This document shows, piece by piece, positions 49,540 through 58,961 of a stretch of 64,000 nucleotides of DNA (position 1 is its first letter; each line of letters begins with the position of its first letter). The position numbers and the translations under genes are program-made. The notes under the pieces are model-generated. The model was not told where the DNA came from, made no database searches, and worked only from the letters and a program-made list of their open reading frames with translations. Source of the stretch: Barthelona sp. PCE (Eukaryota); assembly GCA_040285745.1 (NCBI GenBank), contig JAUFOR010000008.1, forward strand, positions 620,001 through 684,000, given 5' to 3'.

Positions 49540-50202
49540 TTACTCGAATTGATTCTCTATACCTTTAAAATCAGGCAGTAAAGATATTGTTACTTCTTTA
49601 ATTTGATCAGCAAATTGTGCACTGGTGGCATCTTCAATGCCAAATACCCGCATTCCAGCACTGATTGATGCTTGGCAGCCTGCAAAGTTATCCTCAAAAG
49701 CGATACAACGTTCAGGTGCTACATTAATACGTTCAGCAGCTAATAAAAACACGTCAGGATGCGGTTTACCACGTTTAACATCAGAAGAAGATGCGAAGGC
49801 GGGTATAAGACCGCTTAGATTATGTCTATCAATCGTTGCTTGAATCATTGCAGGGACAGCAGAACTAGCAATGGCTATTTTCTTACCGTGGTTATTAAGA
49901 TATTGTAAGAATTCCATGGCACCAGGCTTCAACTCCACGACTTCATGGTAGAAGTCAATAGCCATATCGTGCCAAATTTTCATGAGTTCTTCATGAGTAT
50001 CAGGTAAATTGAATGTGTTAATAAAGAGGTCAGCACACTCATAGAAGCTGAGGCCGTGTATTTTGTCTTGAAATCCTTCAGGATAAGCTAATCCCCTGTC
50101 AACAATGAACTTTTTATCAATTTCAACCCAAATACCCATTGAATCAGCTAAAGTACCGTCCATATCAAAGATTACGGCATCGAAAGAGCTCAGTTCTATC
50201 AT
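49540..50202 (-). CDS. HAD-superfamily phosphatase (beta-PGM/CbbY-like)
   Basis: AVIFDMDGTLADS, IASS, GKPHPDVF, CIAFED, AGM. Confidence 0.92.
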   Translation of the reverse strand: MIELSSFDAVIFDMDGTLADSMGIWVEIDKKFIVDRGLAYPEGFQDKIHGLSFYECADLFINTFNLPDTHEELMKIWHDMAIDFYHEVVELKPGAMEFLQYLNNHGKKIAIASSAVPAMIQATIDRHNLSGLIPAFASSSDVKRGKPHPDVFLLAAERINVAPERCIAFEDNFAGCQASISAGMRVFGIEDATSAQFADQIKEVTISLLPDFKGIENQFE

Positions 50203-50883
50203 GATTTTGATCAATAAAGTGTGTTGGAAAAGGTAAGAATTTGTAAAACATTGTTTCTTTGTTTATTTGTAAATGAAATTAACATGTTGTGGGGTTAGTT
50301 TGGTATCCATAAAGATAGGGTGTTGTTTTGATAAAATCTAACTTGGGTGAGTTTTCAAGACCTATGATCAGGTTCTTTGGACATATTTAAATAAACTTCA
50401 TAACATCTTGAAATATGACTATGCACCTTAAAATGTAAGATTTGAAGCATTTTTTGAAGTATATTAGGGCATTCAAAAAAATACTATCATGTACCAACAA
50501 AGGAAAGATAATTGTAGTCATTAGCAGCTGAAGTCAATATATATTTCGCCATGCGTGTAAATCATCCCTGAATTATCCCTTAAAACAAATAAAAAATGTC
50601 TTTCAATATAAGTATTGTGCCTCAGGTTGTAATGCCACTGTTAAGATTAAACCACAAAGTAAATTACATATGTTGGATGTAAAGAAGAATAAATTTGCTT
50701 ACAAGGAAATTCCAGCAAAACTTCTCTTTCTTCACATTGTACCTATTTTATCCAACTGACAAATTGGATTACCTTTGTATATCACAATAAACATTGTAAA
50801 ATACTAAAAAGACAGTTCAATTCAACTCTTTACTGAATTGTGTAGCAACGTTGTTGCAAGTAATAGTAACCTATAACAGACAT

Positions 50884-51162
50884 TTAATTCTTGAGGGAAT
50901 CTCTGTAACGTCTGATGAAGGATCTGATGCTGCTAGAAGCACTGGAGGAAAGGGTGTAAGCGGCACCAGCAATCTGTCTAGTACAACCCTTGCACTTCCA
51001 AACGCCAACGGCCTGACGCTTGACGGCGTCCTTACCGCAGAAGGGGCAGGTGTACTTGGAGCTCTGATTTCTCTCGACAATACGTAAGATCTTCTTTGCA
51101 GCAGTTCCGTAACGCGTTCCGTAGCGTCCGACGATTCCGACCTTCTTAGTATGCTTGCCCAT
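50884..51162 (-). CDS. RPL37A: 60S ribosomal protein eL43 (L37a)
   Basis: TKKVGIVGRYGTRYG, YTCPFCGK..VKRQAVGVWKCKGC, GAAY. Confidence 0.97.
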   Translation of the reverse strand: MGKHTKKVGIVGRYGTRYGTAAKKILRIVERNQSSKYTCPFCGKDAVKRQAVGVWKCKGCTRQIAGAAYTLSSSASSSIRSFIRRYRDSLKN

Positions 51163-51722
51163 TTTCTTGTGAACAGCTAGATAAAGTGTTAAAAACTAAA
51201 AGAAGTAGTTTTATCAATATAGAAGGTATTTACATTTGCTGACACGTAGAATGTTCATATTAGACGGTATCTGTAACTGTTTTATATATCCAAAAACACT
51301 TTAGACACTTGTATTTGGGTTTCTTTCCTTTTTGAACAGTTGTTCCGGAAAATTTTAGGCAAAGAATCGATATAGACGTTGCAAATAATGTAAGACGGGC
51401 TGGGTATGCCAAAATGTAATGTATTGATGGGAGTTTTTTTTATTACCATTTGTTGCGTTATATGAAGTAAAAACGATATTGTTGTGGTCAGTCTTAACAT
51501 GGAACCACGTATTTGACGATATATCTTTTTGTTTTAACACGCAAACATGATGAAGTACACCCTGCAAGCAGTTGTTTTGGGCTTCACAGGTTCATCTCAG
51601 ATTTACATTGTTAAATAGCCGACAATGGATGTATTTTGTGTGGTCATAGCTTCTTTCAATAAGCATCGAACCGGCACCAACTAATATTCTCTTTACACCC
51701 CTTTTTACATATTAGTTACACA

Positions 51723-52949
51723 ATGGAGACAGTAGAGTGCATTTTTCCATACATTAATCAGCTTCCAAAAGCTGAACTTCATTGTCATTTCGATGGGTCA
51801 TTGCGTCTTGCTTCCATGCTTGAAGAAGCAAAGAAACAAACTCAACAACACGATGAAGAAGTCGAAGAGGACCCAGAAAACCCTCTATACGTCCAGAAAC
51901 AAATAAGTGTGCTCACTAAAGATGAAATTAAGGAGCTAGTACAGCCACCCATGGGCGGTGATCTGATCCAGTATCTCCAGGCATTTAGATACACCCTGTC
52001 TGTATTACAGATCAAAGAAGCAATTCACCGTCTTTATCTCGATTTGGTTGAAGATTTAAGTGATGATGGAGTTATTTATGCCGAAATTCGTTTCGATCCC
52101 CAGCTGCACACGCATCTTGGTCTATCTTTATCAGAAGTTCTGGCAACAATGTGTTCAGCAGCAGCGGATGGTTACGAAGAGCATGGTGTTACTACCAAGA
52201 TTATTGTTTCTGCACTCAAGAACCAGAGCGCAACATACGTAACAGAGGTAGCCCAGATTGGTGTTGAATACAGTGATTCCGGAGTAGTCGCCTTTGACCT
52301 TTGTGGTCCAGAAGAGAGTAAGGCAACTTCTCGCTTCTCAACAGCAGTAGAGCTTGCATTGGAAGGAGGATTACACTTCACTTGTCATGCAGGAGAAGTT
52401 CTTGGTCCTGATGAGATGCGTGATGCGATGCAATATGCTACTAGAATTGGACACGGTACCCACGCCATTGAGGACCCTGATCTTGTTGTTGAGCTCGTTG
52501 AGAATGATATTTGTCTTGAGCAATGTATTACATCCAACATTCACACCAATTGTGTAGCTTCTTTAGATGAACATCCAATTGTTAATTTCATCGAAGCTGG
52601 AGTCCCCATTGCACTTTCCACTGACAATAGACTGGTTTCAGATTGTACATTGTCTTCTGAGTATGAGTTATTGATAGAATTACTGGGGAAGGATTTTCCC
52701 CTTTCGACATTCGTTCTTCTCTTATTACAACCATTCAAGCACGGTTTTGCCTCCACAGCTGAACTTGTTGATGTTATTGAACGTTTTTTTATGCATTTGT
52801 TCAGCTTTTTACACGGAATTGGTGTCGATATTGCTGTTTTATCATGTGAGATCCTTCTACAGGAGGATGCACACGAGTTTAAGGAGATCATCTGCACTAC
52901 AGTTCTTGATATTGTGAGAGAAGCTTCTTCAAGCTCTGAATCTGAATAA
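51723..52949 (+). CDS. ADA: Adenosine deaminase
   Basis: LPKAELHCHFDGS, YAEIRF, FDLCGPE, HAGE, RIGHG, CITSN, STDN. Confidence 0.9.
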   Translation: METVECIFPYINQLPKAELHCHFDGSLRLASMLEEAKKQTQQHDEEVEEDPENPLYVQKQISVLTKDEIKELVQPPMGGDLIQYLQAFRYTLSVLQIKEAIHRLYLDLVEDLSDDGVIYAEIRFDPQLHTHLGLSLSEVLATMCSAAADGYEEHGVTTKIIVSALKNQSATYVTEVAQIGVEYSDSGVVAFDLCGPEESKATSRFSTAVELALEGGLHFTCHAGEVLGPDEMRDAMQYATRIGHGTHAIEDPDLVVELVENDICLEQCITSNIHTNCVASLDEHPIVNFIEAGVPIALSTDNRLVSDCTLSSEYELLIELLGKDFPLSTFVLLLLQPFKHGFASTAELVDVIERFFMHLFSFLHGIGVDIAVLSCEILLQEDAHEFKEIICTTVLDIVREASSSSESE

Positions 52950-53101
52950 GTTCCCATTAAGGTTTTTAAACATTCTGTTCATTTTACAGGTATTGTTTTG
53001 ATGGTACAGCGAGATTAGAGTTAAGTAAATGTATGTAATACAATTTGGTGAATACCTGTTTTCAGTTTTTCTTTTTTCCTCCCATTCCCTACTGATAGTT
53101 A

Positions 53102-55696
53102 ATGTGTCCGGAGTTAACACCAGCAGCGTTCGCCCCATCACGGTCTACTCACACATCACGTCGAGGAACAGCAACTTCCGCTACTAGTGAAGTTACTTCA
53201 TCTATATGTGCGATAAGCATTCACAATTTCAAAGTTTCCGCAGTATTTTTCCGCCCCCAAACAGGAGAAATCCGAGTAATGGCCTTCCATGACAGTTCCA
53301 CTTTTTCCACTCTCATCCTTTTTTTATTGTCGGAGAATGTACAGGAGGTCATTTTTGGGGGCACCAGCATTCCATACGCGGTCAATCTTTTCTTTGAAGA
53401 ACATTTGGGCTTTGTTTTAGTTACAATTGTGCAGAAACATCTTTTTTCTGCAGATGTTGGTCAGCAGCTGTTCAAAACGCTTGTTTTCAACGAGCAGAAG
53501 CATTTACTTGATGAAATAATGTCCCCAGCTTTGTTTGGTTGTTTTCGTGCTGTCATTTCCCATGTTCAATCTTCAAAGAATCTTATCTTCGCTCCACAGA
53601 CAATATCTTGTGTCAAAAAGTCACCGGTCGGACGTATGAGACTTGATCCCCATTCATTTTTTGATCTCGATCTTGAATCTCTCTTTTTGATAATTAATTC
53701 ATGCCAGTCGCCCATGGGTTCACGTTTGCTGTGGTCTGAGCTTGTGATGCCGCCCTGTGACGTGCGCACAATACAATCACGTCAAGAGGCCATTCTCGCA
53801 CTGGATATGTTGGATGACAATGTTCTCCAGCTCTATCTTCAGTCTTCAGATATCATCAAAACATTGGGAAAAATGCTGGGCCCCCCTAGGTCGGGGAAGG
53901 ACGCGCTCACAATTGTAAGACAGTTTGAATCGATGAAAATCTTTTTAGAAAACTGCATTCATATTGCAATTTGTCTCGAGCCTATCGCTGCACACTCTTT
54001 CTTGCTTGCTGAGATGCAGAGAATATGTTCTTCTTCCAGTATAAAATCCTTATTGGACACTCTTTCGACGGTTTTTGTTTCGGATTACCAAGCAATCGCC
54101 ATTGAGCTTTTTCCACCCATCGAAGCCGTGTATTCGATTGTTGAGACTTACATGAAAAGCAACAAAATGCTGTTTATGATTGCAGCAAACGTATCCAAGG
54201 CGCTTGATTTTCATAGGAGAACGTTCTTAGAGCTTCTTTATGATATTTCAATGCTAATAGAGGTTATGCAGGGTAGGATAGGAGCGCCTCTGCGCCTTAT
54301 CGTTCTGAATAGCAGCGTTACATGCTCATGTGCACTCAAGAAATTGTCGTATATCGATGGGAAACTTGTGGAGCACCTGTCGGAGCTATTGGGAACAGCT
54401 GTAACGGTTGACCGCATCACAAAAACGACAGTGCGCTTCTCACCGGAAGACTTTCGAACGTTGGGGACACACCTCACTCGAACAAAAGATGAGCTCTGCG
54501 ACACCATACTCCTCGTTCTGAGCGGCATCATTCCTCGCCTGAACAACGAAAACAGCGAGATGATTGCCAATGATGAGCTCATTGCACCGAGCTCCCACTT
54601 GAGGATCCATCTATCTCCTCTTTTGTGGGCATTTGATGCTGTTGCGTTGCTTGATGTCCTTTATGCTTTACACAGAATCCCCACGGCTGTTGAAGGCTTG
54701 GGTTCTGATGAGTTTTGCATACCCGAGTTGTCTGACGATTTTAGCTTCTCGATGCTAAATGTCTTGTCTTTGACAGACTACAAGAGAGTAGTTGAGGCAG
54801 GAGATCCATGGCGTCACAACTCTCTGGTGTCTCGTCGTGCCATGAGTCTTGTGATGGGAGGTAACGGTCAAGGAAAGTCAACACTGCTCCGAGGTATTGG
54901 GGCAGCTGTTATCATCCATCAGGTTGGAGGCCGAGTTCCAGCGACACAAGCATCATTTCCAATCTTTCAGCATTTCTGCACCGTGTTTCCTACGATATCA
55001 GAGCTCTCTATTCACGGAGGCGCACTTCAACAGGAGCTGATGCGTGTGAAACAGGCGCTCGAGTTTCTCGGATCTGAAACAGAGGAAATGCTTTTCCTTG
55101 CGGATGAACTGTTTACTACCACAGCGTTTAACGACGCCTCGGCGCTTCTGTTTGGTGTTCTTGAGCATTTAATTTCGCAATCAGTGTTGGGCTTCGTTTC
55201 CACTCATTTAGCCAATGTAGGTGCCTTGCTTGTTGAGTTTTACGATGACGTGTCATGCCTGCACTTCATGGACGCACCATCAGAAGTCTCGAGGAAGCGT
55301 TTGGCGAGTTATTCTGACGTTTCGCTTTTTGAAGATGAGAACCCCAGTCATTTACTCAGCAATGACACCCCAAAACCGGCATCCAATCCACCATACGGCA
55401 TCCTTGCAGCCGTTCGCAGTGGATTTGGTGGAGAATTGGCAGCGAGAATGATGAACAACAGAAAATGCATACTTGCTCAGATTCGGGCTCCTGTAGCTCA
55501 ACCAACAACAATCATGAGCACTACTGTTGCCAGGCAACGTGATATTCACTCGATTCCGTTTACTGACGCATATAGAGCGTACAAGCGTATTTATGAACTT
55601 TCAACGTCAGGTCTCAGTTCGCTTTCAGTTAAAAACATCGTACAGGAACTGCAGCGATCAATTTTCGGGGACGCGCAAGAAGATTACACAATTTAA
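53102..55696 (+). CDS. MSH4: Divergent MutS homolog, MSH4-like (meiotic)
   Basis: No mismatch-binding domain I; FHDSSTFSTLI, LFSADVG, IFAPQTI, SPMGSRLL, IQSRQEAI; Walker A GGNGQGKST, Walker B LADEL, STH. Confidence 0.7.
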   Translation: MCPELTPAAFAPSRSTHTSRRGTATSATSEVTSSICAISIHNFKVSAVFFRPQTGEIRVMAFHDSSTFSTLILFLLSENVQEVIFGGTSIPYAVNLFFEEHLGFVLVTIVQKHLFSADVGQQLFKTLVFNEQKHLLDEIMSPALFGCFRAVISHVQSSKNLIFAPQTISCVKKSPVGRMRLDPHSFFDLDLESLFLIINSCQSPMGSRLLWSELVMPPCDVRTIQSRQEAILALDMLDDNVLQLYLQSSDIIKTLGKMLGPPRSGKDALTIVRQFESMKIFLENCIHIAICLEPIAAHSFLLAEMQRICSSSSIKSLLDTLSTVFVSDYQAIAIELFPPIEAVYSIVETYMKSNKMLFMIAANVSKALDFHRRTFLELLYDISMLIEVMQGRIGAPLRLIVLNSSVTCSCALKKLSYIDGKLVEHLSELLGTAVTVDRITKTTVRFSPEDFRTLGTHLTRTKDELCDTILLVLSGIIPRLNNENSEMIANDELIAPSSHLRIHLSPLLWAFDAVALLDVLYALHRIPTAVEGLGSDEFCIPELSDDFSFSMLNVLSLTDYKRVVEAGDPWRHNSLVSRRAMSLVMGGNGQGKSTLLRGIGAAVIIHQVGGRVPATQASFPIFQHFCTVFPTISELSIHGGALQQELMRVKQALEFLGSETEEMLFLADELFTTTAFNDASALLFGVLEHLISQSVLGFVSTHLANVGALLVEFYDDVSCLHFMDAPSEVSRKRLASYSDVSLFEDENPSHLLSNDTPKPASNPPYGILAAVRSGFGGELAARMMNNRKCILAQIRAPVAQPTTIMSTTVARQRDIHSIPFTDAYRAYKRIYELSTSGLSSLSVKNIVQELQRSIFGDAQEDYTI

Positions 55697-57137
55697 CTAC
55701 TGTTCATGACCCAGTCGATATAGTTTGGATCTTCAGCTGCCTTATATTCAGAAATGAGATCTTCAACTGTTGCCTCAGCCTCGTCGAAGTCATCCATTGT
55801 AAGACCAGCTTCTAGATAGGTGTTGATGAAAGCGGGGCCCTTGAAGCGACTCGTCTCTTTCTTCTGGTTACGAACGCTCAGAGGACCACCCAGCATCCGC
55901 TTATAGTCGTTTAGGTGATGGTTAAAGATATTTTTGACACTTGTATGATTGGCCAGCATGAGTCCCTCAGTGCGATTACTTGATTCAATGTAGGGAGACT
56001 TCTTTGTTACTGTTACGTTGAAGTTAGCGGGACCCCACTCAATAAAACGAGCAAGTCCACGAGCTCTAATGTTTTGAAGTGACTTATGGATATCTTGAGG
56101 GTTGGCTTCACCCAATAAAATATTTAGAACACTGATATACTTACCAGCGTTGGTCTTGGCTGACAAAAGCATATTGCTGGGCTGGAGCAGTCTACGCATG
56201 ACATCCGTAACTGTTGTTTTGCGGACGTCCTGTGTTAAGCGACGTGTGTTAATTGGGGTGTATGAGCTCATTAAGAAATGCAAGCGAGGCGTTGGCACCA
56301 AACTTGAGATGAGCGACTGGAGATCATTGTTCATGAACGAGGGGAATCGCAATGTGTTGGTTGAGGCAGACATAACAGTTGCTATCAGACTATTAATATC
56401 ATTGTAGTCTGGGTTTTCAACCTTCAATCGATCTTGGACGATACTGTGCAGTGCTGTGTTATCAATGACAACGCAGCTGTCCACGTGGTTAATTAGGCGT
56501 TGTAATGTAAGGATTGTATTGTAACCTTGAACAACAACATCACTTTCATTAACATTGGGGAATACAGAGTATGTTTGCACAAGCTTTTTGGGGTAGCGGT
56601 CTTCAAACTGTTCCAAAAGCCACGAACTCATACCTGAACCGGTACCACCAGCCACAGAATGACAAAGAGTAAAACCTTCAAGAGAATCAGCAGTATCAAC
56701 TTCTCGATCAATCATTTCAAGGACTGTTTCGGCATGTGTTTGTGCTAGTTCATAACCCTGAGCCCAATTGTTACCAGCACCTGTACATTCTTTAGGTACA
56801 AAAACGTTTTCGTGGTTGAAGAACATCTTCCATTCACTGCGCATAATGGAGTTAATGACACCAGGTTCGAGATCCAGTAAAATAGCTCTGGGTACGTAGT
56901 GATTATCGTCTGCTTGATAGAAGAAAACATCTTTGCGATCATTAAGCTCTCTCTCATCTAAAAGTGTACCATCGGGTCCGATATTGTGCTCATCGGCCAG
57001 AGTCTTCCAAAATTGGGATCCTACTAGGTGTTAGAGACACTGACAAAAAGACGGATGACAAAGCTGTCAACTATCTATACGCGCATACTCTGGTTTCCGC
57101 ACTGGCCCACCTGCAATGTGATAATTTCCCTTGGCAT
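55693..57137 (-). CDS. TUBG1: Gamma-tubulin; join(57089..57137,55693..57023)
   Basis: MPREIITLQVGQCGNQIG, DRKDVFFYQADD, GAGNNWA, HSVAGGTGSG, FIEWGPA, GLMLANHTS. Confidence 0.97.
57024..57088 (-). other. Spliceosomal intron, 65 nt, phase 1 in codon 17
   Basis: GTATGC...TCTAACACCTAG; restores GNQ-IG. Confidence 0.95.
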
Positions 57138-57535
57138 ATGTGTGACTTTTTGTAACGGTGAGAAAATGTAAAACAGCATTTTTTCGTCATTAGCGGTATC
57201 TATACTTTTTACTAGCCCAAATATAAAACATAATTGAGCTTTTGAGAAACTTTTTTGTTGTATATGTGAAGATGATACGTTTTTGCTATCTTTACTAATT
57301 GCTTTTTTGAAATGAGTATTCAGATAGCTATAACGATATAAATATTTAAAAAAACCTTTTGTGGTATATTATTTATATCACAAAAAGCGTAAACAAGGAA
57401 CATTGCAATGCAGGTGTCGTATTCGGTTTTCTTTGCGGTAAATATCATATTTAAAGAAATTATTATCACACTACAATGCGTTGAATATATGTTTTGTAAG
57501 AATATAATTTGTTGCTGTATATTTTTCCCTTTTCG

Positions 57536-58933
57536 ATGTCTGTTCGAAGCTACGATACTTATGAGTATGGCCTCGAAGGCCAGTCGTTCTTTGTGACGCA
57601 CGAATTTGCACCAAACCCGACAAGCCTCACTATGATTGAAAGAGCTTTGAAGCTCTTTGTCCTACGTCAAACCTACCCTTGGTTATACGCAAGATCAATC
57701 GACTGTGAGGAAGAGGAGGAGGAAATCGAGGATTTCACACCCAAAGCATTCGAATACATTGAGAAATCTCAACACAAACTTGTTGTGTATTCAAGCAGTC
57801 TTGCTGATGTTTATAAGAAAGTTCTGACCAAGGGAAAGCCCATTAACTGTCCCATGAAGCTTTTTGCTTGTATTGATGAGTTCAAAAAGGTTACTGGTAT
57901 TGTTTTTCAATTCAACAGAGTTTTTGTACATGAAAACATCGCTCTGACTTTCATCGATGACTTTGTCGATGAAATGGTTCAGATCACAACAAATAGAGAG
58001 AAGTTTACACACGATGCTCCTCTTACTTCTCTACCAACACCCATACCAGACTTTTCACCTTCAATTGAGACCAAGTCAACACTTGGATACTATCCGACAA
58101 AGTCGACAGGAGACTTCAACATGTTTAGTGAGGAGCAGGTTTCTAAAATAGATAGCTTTGCGGCTGAGCTCGGCGTGTCTCGCCTTGCTGTCATCTCCGC
58201 TGTAACACAGATGGCCGTTTCAGAGACGATAAGTGTTGCCAAACCACCAAAGACTGAGGAGGACGAGGAAGAAGAAGAGGAAGAAGAGGAAACAGAAATG
58301 GTACCAGCCCCTGAGCCAGAGCCGGTTGACCCTCGGTATGCGCCTCGTTGTGACATCCGCCTGCACATGTGCGGTGGTGTTCTGTCGCCGTTCGTGTCGC
58401 TACCGGCATCTACACTGACTTTCAAGCAAACTTGCGAACGCTTTGAAGAATTGATGACTGAACAACGCGAACAACAGAATGATGTCTCGAATGAGTTGTA
58501 CCGCACTTGTTCATCTTCACCATACAAGCCCATCACATCACTAAAGGTTGTTGAGATGCCAACTTTGCGCCCACCCACCCCGGAGCCTACCCCGGAGCCC
58601 ACGCCAGAGCCCGTTGAGGTAGACCCATGGGCTGCCTTGGAAGAAAAGGAGCCAGAGCCAGAGGAAGAAGAAGAAGAACCAGAACCAGAACCAGAACCGG
58701 AGGAGGAGAAGGAGCAGTTACCTCTTTTGACCGCTACAATCGCATTCTTAGAGTTCAATGACGACTTTGGAACGCCCACATTTTACGGATACATTGATAA
58801 ACAGGTTATGAGTAGCGAATCCATTGCTGTTAGTATCATGAACCACGAGAAGTGGATGACCGTGTCTATTATTGGTCCCTATGCTGAGGAAGTGGGCAAT
58901 GCTCTCACAGCTCTGCTAACAGATGATCTCTAG
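57536..58933 (+). CDS. Hypothetical protein, possible CoA-dependent acyltransferase/condensation-like fold with acidic PE-rich inserts
   Basis: IERAL...YPWLYARS and FSEEQVSKI...ELGVSRLAVISA patterns; two E/P-rich insertions. Confidence 0.4.
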   Translation: MSVRSYDTYEYGLEGQSFFVTHEFAPNPTSLTMIERALKLFVLRQTYPWLYARSIDCEEEEEEIEDFTPKAFEYIEKSQHKLVVYSSSLADVYKKVLTKGKPINCPMKLFACIDEFKKVTGIVFQFNRVFVHENIALTFIDDFVDEMVQITTNREKFTHDAPLTSLPTPIPDFSPSIETKSTLGYYPTKSTGDFNMFSEEQVSKIDSFAAELGVSRLAVISAVTQMAVSETISVAKPPKTEEDEEEEEEEEETEMVPAPEPEPVDPRYAPRCDIRLHMCGGVLSPFVSLPASTLTFKQTCERFEELMTEQREQQNDVSNELYRTCSSSPYKPITSLKVVEMPTLRPPTPEPTPEPTPEPVEVDPWAALEEKEPEPEEEEEEPEPEPEPEEEKEQLPLLTATIAFLEFNDDFGTPTFYGYIDKQVMSSESIAVSIMNHEKWMTVSIIGPYAEEVGNALTALLTDDL

Positions 58934-58961
58934 TGTAATATTGTGCATATTAAACGTGTAA

